A stretch of DNA of 39,828 nucleotides from a virus. Lineage: Duplodnaviria > Caudoviricetes. Location: positions 1 to 39,828 of the IMG/VR virus record IMGVR_UViG_3300050190_000042, one strand, 5' to 3'. Numbering within the stretch: the first letter of the stretch is position 1; each line of letters starts with the position of its first letter. Made by a program: the position numbers and the translations under genes. Positions 17,782-26,470 of this stretch are shown here, piece by piece. The notes under the pieces are model-generated. The model was not told where the DNA came from, searched no databases, and saw only the letters and a list, made by a program, of their open reading frames with translations.

Positions 17782-18156
17782 TTATTCGGAGGCCTTTAAA
17801 TGTTTCTCTGCATTTTTACGGGCGCATACTGCATCGCCAAAATCGTCAAAAAATCCTAAATAATGATTTTTCCCATCATGATAAATATAGGCTTGCCATT
17901 TCTTACTTTGAGTTGACCATCTAACTCCGATTACGCCACTTTTATTTCTTTTGCCAGGTTTACAATAAGGAGTTGTACTATTTTTTAGGCAACCGCAAGA
18001 CTTAGTATTGAGAGATACCAAGTCAACAGCAGGGATGTCAATCACATTTCCACAGTCACATTGGCATTTCCAAAAGTAGCTGCCCTGAGCTGTTTTTTTA
18101 CTAACCCTGTACAGCGCAACAAGATGTGTAAAACGCCGTTTTGTTAAATCTTTCAT
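17782..18156 (-). CDS. AP2-domain protein (HNH-AP2 family lacking the HNH)
   Basis: DLT..RF..L...WKCQCDCG...TKSCGC; NKSGVIGV.W...KWQAYI...YLG.F...A..AR..AE. Confidence 0.8.
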   Translation of the reverse strand: MKDLTKRRFTHLVALYRVSKKTAQGSYFWKCQCDCGNVIDIPAVDLVSLNTKSCGCLKNSTTPYCKPGKRNKSGVIGVRWSTQSKKWQAYIYHDGKNHYLGFFDDFGDAVCARKNAEKHLKASE

Positions 18157-18323
18157 TTTTTATATCTTTTATCTGTCGGCCACTCTGTACCCTCTGGTAT
18201 GAGCCAGTCACGGCCTATCTTTTGTGCTGCCGGTAATTTGCCACGCCTTATGATTGATCGCGCTGATGTATCACTGTGGCCGGTCTCAGCCGCCCATCGT
18301 GCGGTAGTGATTAGTTTACTCAT
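18153..18323 (-). CDS. 56-aa excisionase-type HTH DNA-binding protein
   Basis: Read by hand: MSKLITTARWAAETG...IRRGKLPAAQKIGRDWLIP; overlaps both neighbours. Confidence 0.75.
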   Translation of the reverse strand: MSKLITTARWAAETGHSDTSARSIIRRGKLPAAQKIGRDWLIPEGTEWPTDKRYKK

Positions 18324-18720
18324 TTATTAACGTCGCCTCGGCGCTGTCGCGGAGATAATATTCATCATCCTGCTCGCCTGTTTCGCTGTCCTCTTCATAA
18401 ACTTTATTGCCATCAAAATTTAATCGTTTACCATTGTCGATAGCCTTGTCACGGAGAGCTTCCCAAAACGATTCTACGGCTTCAATCGCGTTGTCGGCGA
18501 TAATATCACCGGTTACTAATTCAAGGCTCGAGTAACTATTTTTGTTTGTGCTTACAGATACTTCGTATTTCATGGTTTTATTTTCCTCCATCTCATTGAT
18601 TTTTTCGGCTTTTTTGACATAATCCTCGGCTTGCTCGGTTGTCGCAAATGCAAACATTTTTTTAATGCGTTCAGGGTCTGGGTGCTCCGTTGTTGCGCTA
18701 TAATTAATAACCTTGCTCAT
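18316..18720 (-). CDS. Hypothetical protein: YSATTEHPDPERIKKMF domain plus acidic C-terminal domain
   Basis: AGGAG RBS; internal GGAGG RBS with in-frame ATG at 18573. Confidence 0.7.
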   Translation of the reverse strand: MSKVINYSATTEHPDPERIKKMFAFATTEQAEDYVKKAEKINEMEENKTMKYEVSVSTNKNSYSSLELVTGDIIADNAIEAVESFWEALRDKAIDNGKRLNFDGNKVYEEDSETGEQDDEYYLRDSAEATLINE

Positions 18721-18768
18721 AATATACTCCTGTTGCCTGCCTCCCTTGCGGTGAGGACTTGCGGCTTG

Positions 18769-18993
18769 TTAGCCTAAAAAATGCTTAATTAATTCTGGTC
18801 TGTCTGCTCCACTTGTCAAAAAATCAACTTCGTCCGCTGCAAAATACTTTTTTAACTCGTTAATGGTACTTTTTACAGCGTCACACATTTTTGCACTATA
18901 ACCGACTTTTGCAGCGGCAACATGTGCGTCAAAAGCAACCTGAGCCTTTAAATAATTTGCGAGTGCGTCGGTCTGCTCTTTTGTTAAATCCAT
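18769..18993 (-). CDS. 74-aa hypothetical protein, first gene of accessory cassette 1
   Basis: AAAGGTGG RBS; downstream of promoter at 19037-19065. Confidence 0.7.
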   Translation of the reverse strand: MDLTKEQTDALANYLKAQVAFDAHVAAAKVGYSAKMCDAVKSTINELKKYFAADEVDFLTSGADRPELIKHFLG

Positions 18994-19036
18994 TATAAAA
19001 ACCACCTTTATTAATTTGTGTTTTGCTGATGCACTT

Positions 19037-19065
19037 ATACTATCACTGCACCGCCAACAATGCAA
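19037..19065 (-). promoter_or_regulatory. Promoter of accessory cassette 1
   Basis: TTGCAT-17-TAGTAT with extended -10 TG. Confidence 0.5.
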
Positions 19066-19310
19066 TAGGCAATTGATAATAATTGATAACTTTGTATGAT
19101 TGCACAAAAATATTTTTAAAAGTTGTGCAACATTAATTGAGGTGTTGCACAAAATGCGCAGGAGCATAACAGGGCTAAAGCCGCATAGATACAGGGTTTG
19201 TTTAAGATGGCATGTTAATAATGTTGTATGCCCGACAAAATTGTTGTTGCGTGCAAGAGATACGTACGATAGAATCATATTAGGCAATAAATTTATAGCG
19301 AGGTGAATAG

Positions 19311-19727
19311 ATGGCGAATAAAAGAGATTTAAAGTTGGATGAATACAATATCAGCAAATTCGCCTACCGCGAATTAAATAATTTCTGCCTGCAATATCCC
19401 GAGAAAAAGCAAAAGCTTTTAGACATGCGCAACCCTTTAAAAGCTCAACAATACTCGGACATGCCCCACGGCAGCGGCGTAAGCGACCCCACAGCAGCAG
19501 CGGCAATAAGGGCAGCAGCATTAGCCAAAGATACAGAGCTGATAGAACAGACGGCGATAGAGGCTGATGCAGGAATATATCAATACATAATCTTAGCCGT
19601 AACTCAGCAGGGCATAAACTATGAGATTTTAAGGGCTTGCAAAGACATCCCATGTGGGAGACGATATTTTTATATACGCCGCAGGCAGTTCTTTTATCTG
19701 TTGGCAAGAAAAAAGGGGATTGATTAA
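19311..19727 (+). CDS. ArpU/RinA-like late transcription activator
   Basis: YRELNNFCLQYP...DPT...IEQ...Y...RR.FF..LA; sits just before the packaging genes. Confidence 0.7.
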   Translation: MANKRDLKLDEYNISKFAYRELNNFCLQYPEKKQKLLDMRNPLKAQQYSDMPHGSGVSDPTAAAAIRAAALAKDTELIEQTAIEADAGIYQYIILAVTQQGINYEILRACKDIPCGRRYFYIRRRQFFYLLARKKGID

Positions 19728-19825
19728 AAGGGTAACCGCAAGGACATACAAAGGGTATAAAATACTATTATTAAAAGCGTTCGAGAAATCGGGCGCTTAT
19801 TTTTATGCCAAAAGAAGGTGCCGCA

Positions 19826-20029
19826 ATGAAACCGTTTAGCCCCTGCGAAATATGCGAACCGTCTGTCAAACCTTTATGTGTGCAGGACTGTCAGAACGTC
19901 TGCCCTGAGGTTATACGGCTTAGGCACTGCTATGATACAGATTGTAATAGTAGATCAGCAGCAAATCATTGCACAAATGCGTCATATAGTGATTTAACAA
20001 AATGCAAGTGGTATAAAAATGGACAGTAA
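19826..20029 (+). CDS. Cys-rich small protein
   Basis: GAAGGTG RBS; 9 Cys. Confidence 0.45.
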   Translation: MKPFSPCEICEPSVKPLCVQDCQNVCPEVIRLRHCYDTDCNSRSAANHCTNASYSDLTKCKWYKNGQ

Positions 20030-20130
20030 ACATCCGCATTATAAACCTGTTTGGGACGAGTATCTATTTGACATGATTTGCAGGGATGCGGATAAGTATT
20101 GGGCAGAGTGGAGAAAAAGGAGAAATCTTT

Positions 20131-20556
20131 ATGCTGACGGAACAAAAGGAAAAAGCAATAACAATGCTGATTAAGGGAGATAACCCGACAGTTATTTGTA
20201 AATTATTAGGCATAGCAAGGTCGACGGTATATGACTGGCAAAAAAATGATGAATTTAATAAAGAGTTAGAGGCCAGAAAAAAAGAGATAGTAAAGTCAGG
20301 AAACGATTTTATATTGTCAAAAACAGATAAATACTTAGAGCAGTTAAATTTAATAGCAATGACAAGCAATGATGATCGCTCTAAATTATCAGCTTTAACA
20401 TATTTATTAGATAGGTCGTTAGGCAAGATAGCACAAAGGTTTGAGGTTGAACCTATAGAGATGGCAAAGATACCATCCAGAGAAGAACTTGAAAGTGAGT
20501 TTGCACAGTATAGAGGCAGTGTAGTTATAGATGATAGGTTCGTGGATGATGTGTAG
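20131..20556 (+). CDS. terS: Terminase small subunit (HTH)
   Basis: AAAGGAG RBS; LTEQKEKAI.ML...I...LGIARSTVYDW...EF; YLLDR.LGK. Confidence 0.65.
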   Translation: MLTEQKEKAITMLIKGDNPTVICKLLGIARSTVYDWQKNDEFNKELEARKKEIVKSGNDFILSKTDKYLEQLNLIAMTSNDDRSKLSALTYLLDRSLGKIAQRFEVEPIEMAKIPSREELESEFAQYRGSVVIDDRFVDDV

Positions 20557-21243
20557 GGATGTAGGTTTATACCCACCTATACGGTTAATAGGGCATGTGT
20601 GAGTAGAGTTAAAATATATCTTCTAATTTATACAGATGTTTAATGTACAGGTATAAGTTAGAGCAAATATATGAGGGTAGAGTGGCTGAGGCTCACACGC
20701 TCGCCCACATTTATCTCCCACCTATATAATGCATTTATATACATTAATACTGCATAATTATACATGTATATATACAGATATAATTACTGTTAATCTGTGT
20801 ACAGTCTTAACAATGGTATAGGTATGCCATTAGTTGGCTGTTTACTGACCTTATCTGATTTAGACAAAAGAACTCTTTTGTATAGTACGATTGTATTTTT
20901 ATCATAGGGGGCTCCTTCTTTTTAGGAGGTGGCAGGAATGCCCACATTCACCCCAACAATTATCTACAACAGTTTCACAACTCATTAACAATATATGTCA
21001 GCACTCAATAGCGCTTAAAACACCTTCCTTACAATTATTTTTATAAAATTTTCAAAGCCTTTAAGTAGGACAAATTCTCCCTTCCGTGTACGAGTATCCG
21101 TAGTATGTATAAGGGAGTGACACACGAAAATATTTCCAAATGTTTAATTAATGGCTTAGGTATGCAACAATATAGGATTTTTAACGTTACATAAAAAGTG
21201 TGAGATTTTAACCAATTTATACATAAAAAGTGTAGGAGAAAAT

Positions 21244-21786
21244 ATGAGTAATAAAATGTTAAAAACAACTTCATATACAGATACTGAAACCGGATTAACT
21301 TCTGAAAGACAGCGGTATGTCGATGCGCAATTTAGTGAAGATGGATATTTGTTTTGGTGCAAAAAGAATAGCGTCAAGACCTTTGTTGATATACCGCTTC
21401 CTAATGCGTTTACATGGGCAGAGCGCGGGAGACTGACAGAGTTGCAACACTATATGCTTAAAGACAATCAGCTCATTGTTTACAGGTCTCACAGCGGGAT
21501 AAAGCCAATAGCGGTTGAAGACATGCGCAGGATATTTGAAATGTCGGACAGACAATGCAGAGTACTTATCGCTAAGGCCAAACAGCATAAGATTATTAAA
21601 GAGGTCAGCATAGACGGAATTAAATATTTTGCTTATAACCCCGTGTACGGTTTTAAGGGCAAGCGCATGAGTATTATAGTATTCATCTTATTTCAAGAGG
21701 AATTAAAGTCACTTATGCCGCCGTGGGTGGTTGAAAAGTTTATGAATGAGGCAGAGGAAATAAGACCGACAATCAGAATTATTTAG
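21244..21786 (+). CDS. Winged-helix protein, RepL-like
   Basis: DTETG N terminus, HTH-like centre, Y..NP.Y..KG C terminus. Confidence 0.45.
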   Translation: MSNKMLKTTSYTDTETGLTSERQRYVDAQFSEDGYLFWCKKNSVKTFVDIPLPNAFTWAERGRLTELQHYMLKDNQLIVYRSHSGIKPIAVEDMRRIFEMSDRQCRVLIAKAKQHKIIKEVSIDGIKYFAYNPVYGFKGKRMSIIVFILFQEELKSLMPPWVVEKFMNEAEEIRPTIRII

Positions 21787-21794
21787 GAGGCCAT

Positions 21795-22085
21795 ATGAAA
21801 AATTTTAAAATGATGGTAGCACAAGAGCAGATTGAGGAACTCACCACAGACCAACTAAAAAAGTTTAAAGAATTAACCGGAATAAGAACAAACCCAATAA
21901 AGGGCTTTATGCTTGCCGGAATAATTAGTTTGCTCGACGAATTGAACCCTGATGTCTTAATATCACTTGCTTTTGGTCAGGGGCAATATAAAGTTTATCT
22001 TGATGATGGTCACGACGATATTGAAAAGGGCTTAGGCGATAATGCCGTCGATGCGCTCTGGGAAGCGCTTAAAACTATGCTGTAA
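21795..22085 (+). CDS. Hypothetical protein
   Basis: AGGAGG RBS; DALWEA.K C terminus. Confidence 0.65.
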   Translation: MKNFKMMVAQEQIEELTTDQLKKFKELTGIRTNPIKGFMLAGIISLLDELNPDVLISLAFGQGQYKVYLDDGHDDIEKGLGDNAVDALWEALKTML

Positions 22086-22094
22086 GGTGACAAC

Positions 22095-23816
22095 ATGAAT
22101 GAAGAGGACAAGCAGAACCGCCAACTATTATATGCTGCGGTTTATCAAAGATACATAGAGGCAGGCGCAAGCCCGGCAGAAGCATCCGCCGCAACCGAGG
22201 GAATGATATTCAAACACATCAACAATTTATTTGGATTTCAAGGTCTTGCTTATCAGATGGGGGAGATCTCTTTCCCCTTCTTTTGCAAATACTTTCTTCA
22301 AGACACATTCATACCGAAAGAAAACAATGCCGCCCGCGAACTTGCGCCGGTGCATCTTGAGGTGTGGGACGAGCTCGACAGGATGTTTCTACGGGATGAA
22401 TTCGACAAAGAAGAATTCATACTTCCCCGAGGTTGTGCCAAAACAACAATAGTTGACTTTGCTTTGTCCGTGTGGTTGCACTGCTATAAAAAATCTACTT
22501 ACACATTAGTTTGCGGACGTACAGAGCAGGACAGTACAGAATTTCTCGCACAAACTCGGCAGGCCTTTGAAGAGAATAAATATATCCTCGATGCTTTTGG
22601 GAAGTTGGTAAATACTAAATTAACCGTCAACAAATTGGAGCTTGAACTATCCAACAAAACAAAAATACAGGCCATATCTTCAACCTCTTCAATGCGTGGT
22701 AAAAAGTATGACGGCAACCGCCCCAGCGTTATTATCGCAGACGATTATCAAGGGCGAATTGATATTATCACGCAGGAGGCAAGGGATAAAAAGTATAACA
22801 CCTGGATGGAAGACAGCGGGTATGCAGGAGATAAAGCGGTCTACCGCAAAAAAGTGAAGATTAAGCAGGCAACAAAATTTATTGTTTGCGGCACTATCTT
22901 ACATCGTGACTGCTTTATGTCGAGGCTCCTACTCAATAAGGATTATAAGCACGTTTTAAAAAGAGCGGTTAATTTTGATGTAGACGATTTCTTCCACGCT
23001 GAATTGTGGGAAGAATTTCGTCTTATTTATTTTAACGACAAATTACAAGACAGTGTTTCGGCTGCTAAAGAGTTTTATTATCAGCACGAGCCGGAATTGC
23101 AATATAAAACGATCTGGGAAGATAAATTTGATTGTCTTGACCTTGCGATAGACTATTATACCAACCCACAGGCATTTAAACAAGAGATGATGAACGATGC
23201 CTCAAAGATTGGCGAAAAATGGTTTAAGTCTAACCGTGCCGATGAGGATATTGAAAATCACACCTTTGTTAAGACAATGCTTTGTGTTGACCCCGCTTCA
23301 ACATCAACTCGTAATTCAGACAGTTTTGCTTTTCTTGTCGGCTCGCTTGCAGACAATGACTTTAAATATGTCCGCAAGGGCGAACTCCTAAAGATGGATG
23401 CCCGCACGGAGTTTGACAAATACATCGAGCATATTGTCAAACTTTTAAGGGATTATTCGGATATTACTTGCGTCTACATCGAGAAGAATACTTTTAACGG
23501 CTCCGACGCGAACCGATTAGAGCAGTTTATAGAAGCGGATCCGCTACTAAGGGGTAGAGGGATAACTATCATCAATGAGGCTACGAGGGCTAACAAGGAC
23601 GATAAGATAGCAAGTTGCGTCGCGGATGTAAACAACGGCAGGATTATATTTAATGCCGAGGACACAGATTTTATTCAGCAGGTTATGGACTTCGCGGGAA
23701 CAGATTTCACGCAACACGATGATGCGCCCGATATTTTGTCTGAATTTAGTAATCGCATTAGCAATATTATTACAATTGGTACAATCACATTTTTAGATAA
23801 AAAAGTCTTGTTTTAA
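22095..23816 (+). CDS. terL: Terminase large subunit
   Basis: PRGCAKTT Walker A, IIADD Walker B, GT, VDPA and HDDAPD nuclease motifs. Confidence 0.95.
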   Translation: MNEEDKQNRQLLYAAVYQRYIEAGASPAEASAATEGMIFKHINNLFGFQGLAYQMGEISFPFFCKYFLQDTFIPKENNAARELAPVHLEVWDELDRMFLRDEFDKEEFILPRGCAKTTIVDFALSVWLHCYKKSTYTLVCGRTEQDSTEFLAQTRQAFEENKYILDAFGKLVNTKLTVNKLELELSNKTKIQAISSTSSMRGKKYDGNRPSVIIADDYQGRIDIITQEARDKKYNTWMEDSGYAGDKAVYRKKVKIKQATKFIVCGTILHRDCFMSRLLLNKDYKHVLKRAVNFDVDDFFHAELWEEFRLIYFNDKLQDSVSAAKEFYYQHEPELQYKTIWEDKFDCLDLAIDYYTNPQAFKQEMMNDASKIGEKWFKSNRADEDIENHTFVKTMLCVDPASTSTRNSDSFAFLVGSLADNDFKYVRKGELLKMDARTEFDKYIEHIVKLLRDYSDITCVYIEKNTFNGSDANRLEQFIEADPLLRGRGITIINEATRANKDDKIASCVADVNNGRIIFNAEDTDFIQQVMDFAGTDFTQHDDAPDILSEFSNRISNIITIGTITFLDKKVLF

Positions 23817-23825
23817 AAAGCCTGC

Positions 23826-23969
23826 TTATTTAGCAGGCTTTAGGTATTCTTCAATTGCTTTTTCTATTATTTTGCTAATTGGTACCATAGTCTTTTCCGA
23901 ATAGTCTTTGAGCTGTTTCACTAAACCTATCGGCAAAGATGTCCCGATTCGCTCTTTATTTTTTAGCAT
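23826..23969 (-). CDS. Ribbon-helix-helix regulator (47 aa)
   Basis: LKNKERIGTSL...L..YSEKT.VP.SKIIE.AI; GAGGTG RBS. Confidence 0.8.
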   Translation of the reverse strand: MLKNKERIGTSLPIGLVKQLKDYSEKTMVPISKIIEKAIEEYLKPAK

Positions 23970-23987
23970 AATTATCACCTCAAAAAC

Positions 23988-24040
23988 ATTATACCACATA
24001 ACACAAGGTATTGACAAGTAACATAACTTTATGATATAAT
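23988..24040. promoter_or_regulatory. Divergent promoters for the RHH and GIY-YIG genes
   Basis: Plus strand TTGACA-18-TATAAT (24011-24040); minus strand TG-TATAAT at 23988-23993. Confidence 0.6.
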
Positions 24041-24058
24041 ATATATGAGGTGAAAAGC

Positions 24059-24889
24059 ATGGAAGAAGAGGCCAATAAGCCATATGGTTTTATTTATATT
24101 ACTACTAACTTAATCAATGGGAAAAAGTACGTAGGGCAAAAAACATATAATAATCGTTGGAAGTGCTACTTAGGAAGTGGGAAATACTTTAAACTTGCGG
24201 TTAAGAAACACGGCAGAGAAAACTTTGTAAAAGAAATAGTTGCTATTGCATACTGCAAAGATGAACTTAACAAGTTAGAAGCAGAATATATAAAAAAATT
24301 CAATGCCGTTCAGTCTGCCGATTATTACAATGTTGCTACCGACAGTTTCCCTTCGTACATCGGGCTAAAGCATACAGAAGATTATAAAATCAAAATGAAA
24401 ATACTTAATGAAGGCAAACTGATGAGCGAAAAGTCAAAAGAAAGAATGAAAGAAAATCATTATGATGTTAGTGGGGAAAATAACCCGAACTATGGGAAAC
24501 ATTGGTCAGAAGAATGGCGTACAAATCATAGCAAAGCAATAAGCGGGGAAAATAATGTTTTATTTGGAACTCACCGCAGTGAAGAAACCAAACGGAAAAT
24601 AAGTGAATCGAATAAAGGCAAAATTTTTAGTGAGAAACACTTGCAAAATTTAAGCAAGGCTCATAAAGGGAAGGAATTAGGAAGCAGTAATCCTAAAGCT
24701 AAAAAAGTAGTTTGTTTAACTGAAAATAAGATATTTGATACTTTAAAAGATGCTGCTGAATATTATAATTGTACAAGTTCAAATATTTCCATGTGTTGTA
24801 GTGACAGAAGCCGTAAGCATGCTGGTAAACTTTCAGATGGTACAAAACTGCAATGGATGTATTATAGTGACTATTTGCTGTTAGTCTAA
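24059..24889 (+). CDS. GIY-YIG homing endonuclease with NUMOD3 repeats
   Basis: GFIYITTNLINGKKYVGQ...YLGSG; NPNYGK / HRSEETKRKIS repeats; NUMOD1-like end. Confidence 0.9.
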   Translation: MEEEANKPYGFIYITTNLINGKKYVGQKTYNNRWKCYLGSGKYFKLAVKKHGRENFVKEIVAIAYCKDELNKLEAEYIKKFNAVQSADYYNVATDSFPSYIGLKHTEDYKIKMKILNEGKLMSEKSKERMKENHYDVSGENNPNYGKHWSEEWRTNHSKAISGENNVLFGTHRSEETKRKISESNKGKIFSEKHLQNLSKAHKGKELGSSNPKAKKVVCLTENKIFDTLKDAAEYYNCTSSNISMCCSDRSRKHAGKLSDGTKLQWMYYSDYLLLV

Positions 24890-24904
24890 AAATAAATAAC
24901 AATT

Positions 24905-24935
24905 AAGCACTCTCGGATGGGGGTGCTTTTGTTTT
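24905..24935 (+). terminator. Intrinsic terminator
   Basis: AAGCACTCTC-GGAT-GGGGGTGCTT plus T-rich tail. Confidence 0.7.
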
Positions 24936-24950
24936 AGGGGGAAAGCATAA

Positions 24951-26363
24951 ATGTTCGATGTGAATGTGAATAAAGAAATTCTTACTAAGGTTTTTGGAAA
25001 TTTTCAACTTTCTTATCACATCAATCTCAAAATGTACCTGTATTACATGGGGGTAACGGATGGAAATACTTTGGGTATTTCTACAAATGGTTCATATGAC
25101 GATTTGGTAATTAATGAGTTTAATTTGGATGCGGAAGGTGCAGGAAACTATAATTTCGTAAATGACAGATATGGAAAAGGAATATCTACCAATTTTATTA
25201 AAAAATTCATTAAAGAAGAGGTGTCTTATAGCGTCGGAAATGATATTACTTACACCAGTCACAAGGGCGATGATAAAATCATTGAACTGTTGAGGCAAAG
25301 CACAGCCCATTGGAAAGCTGACCATGATGCAAACTTGGCGAAAAATATGTTAGTTTATTCTGCTGCTTATGAATTGTACTACATTGATAAAGATGCTCAA
25401 TTTTGCAGCCGAGTAATCAGCCCAAGACACGGTATTGCCTATACTGATAGTTGCGATAATTTAATATTTTTTCTTCATATTTTCAGACAACGCTATGATA
25501 CCAAAATGTATGTTGATATTTATACCGACAGCGAAATTATACATTGTGATGAAACATTTAACGAATTAGGACGCACTTCTCATCCTTTTGGATGTGTTCC
25601 GATAGGTATTGCAACGGTAAGTGAAGAAGGATGGTTGGATAGCATTTATAGCGATATTAAATCTCTTCAAGATGCTTATTCCAGAAATTTGAGCGACATA
25701 TCAAGCGAGATAACCGAGTTTAGGAACGCTTATCTTGTGCTCAATAACCTCGACTTGCAAGACGGTGACCTTGCCACAATGAAAAAGCAGGGCATTATGA
25801 AAACCAAAGGCAAAGACGGCTCCGCTGGATGGCTTATCAAAACTATCAACGACACTTTCATCCAAAACACTCTCACAACCCTTGAAGATAAGATGTTCCA
25901 AATTTCTTGCCACATAAACAGCAACGAGAAAATGAGCGCCAACACTTCAAGTCTGGCACTGCGCGCGCGCCTCATATCTCTTGAGGAAAAATGTAAACTC
26001 AATCAAAAAGCCCTTGCAAATTGCGTAAAAACACGGCTTCAGATGCTACTTGTTTACATGAACGGACTGAAAAACACGTCTTACGATTACAGGGACATAA
26101 AGGTCAAGTTTACGCCGAATATTCCGTCAGATGATCTGACAAATAGCACTGTTGTCACCGCTTTGGGCGATAAACTAAGCACCGAAACCGCCCTGTCACT
26201 GTTCAGTTTCATCGACAACCCCGCAAATGAAGTCAAAAAGGCACAAGCGGAACAAAAGGCAAGTAGCGTGGGCGCTGCCATATTAGAAGCTGCGAAACAG
26301 AGTACACTTCCCGCTATGCCAATGGAAAAGCCCGCCATGCCTATGATGGGGGCTAAAATGTGA
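24951..26363 (+). CDS. Portal protein, SPP1 gp6-like
   Basis: NF..K...Y..G, HPFG.VP, I.SL.DAY....SD, S.LAL, F.PN.P, LSTETAL motifs; follows terL. Confidence 0.9.
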   Translation: MFDVNVNKEILTKVFGNFQLSYHINLKMYLYYMGVTDGNTLGISTNGSYDDLVINEFNLDAEGAGNYNFVNDRYGKGISTNFIKKFIKEEVSYSVGNDITYTSHKGDDKIIELLRQSTAHWKADHDANLAKNMLVYSAAYELYYIDKDAQFCSRVISPRHGIAYTDSCDNLIFFLHIFRQRYDTKMYVDIYTDSEIIHCDETFNELGRTSHPFGCVPIGIATVSEEGWLDSIYSDIKSLQDAYSRNLSDISSEITEFRNAYLVLNNLDLQDGDLATMKKQGIMKTKGKDGSAGWLIKTINDTFIQNTLTTLEDKMFQISCHINSNEKMSANTSSLALRARLISLEEKCKLNQKALANCVKTRLQMLLVYMNGLKNTSYDYRDIKVKFTPNIPSDDLTNSTVVTALGDKLSTETALSLFSFIDNPANEVKKAQAEQKASSVGAAILEAAKQSTLPAMPMEKPAMPMMGAKM

Positions 26364-26375
26364 ACAAGGGCAAGC

Positions 26376-26403
26376 AAAAGCCCCGGATTGCTCCGAGGCC
26401 TTT
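26376..26403 (-). terminator. Terminator of the crRNA-like transcript (possibly bidirectional)
   Basis: Minus strand AAAGGCCTCGGA-GCAA-TCCGGGGCTTTT; G-U pairs favour the minus strand. Confidence 0.75.
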
Positions 26404-26437
26404 ACTTGATGTTTGCGATGTCTAAAAACATGACTAT

Positions 26438-26465
26438 GTTTCAATCCACGCTTTTTTCAAGCGAC
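26438..26465 (-). CRISPR. Solitary type I-C-like CRISPR repeat
   Basis: GTCGCTTGAAAAAAGCGTGGATTGAAAC: GTCGC start, CGCTT/AAGCG stem, GCGTGGATTGAAAC end; no second repeat or cas gene seen. Confidence 0.8.
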
Positions 26466-26470
26466 AATTT

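Larger units (their letters stand above)
26372..26465 (-). ncRNA. crRNA-like small RNA (candidate RNA anti-CRISPR / mini-guide)
   Basis: Consensus promoter, I-C-like repeat at about +1, 34-37 nt spacer-like segment, terminator. Confidence 0.7.

Noticed and set aside
18994-19306. N-terminal extension of ORF 18769-19287 and plus-strand ORF 19100-19306
   Set aside because: They cover a promoter/operator region; the good RBS lies before ATG 18993
19417-19433. Partial match of the spacer-like segment (TTTTAGACAT.CGCAA) in the late activator gene
   Set aside because: Short, gapped, outside the seed region and without an evident PAM; compatible with chance
20557-21243. tRNA or other known RNA gene in the long intergenic region
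   Set aside because: No cloverleaf or T-loop motif recognised by eye; a covariance-model search was not possible
26372-26465. A true CRISPR array or phage-encoded CRISPR-Cas system
   Set aside because: Only one repeat is visible and no cas gene is present; reported as a solitary repeat instead
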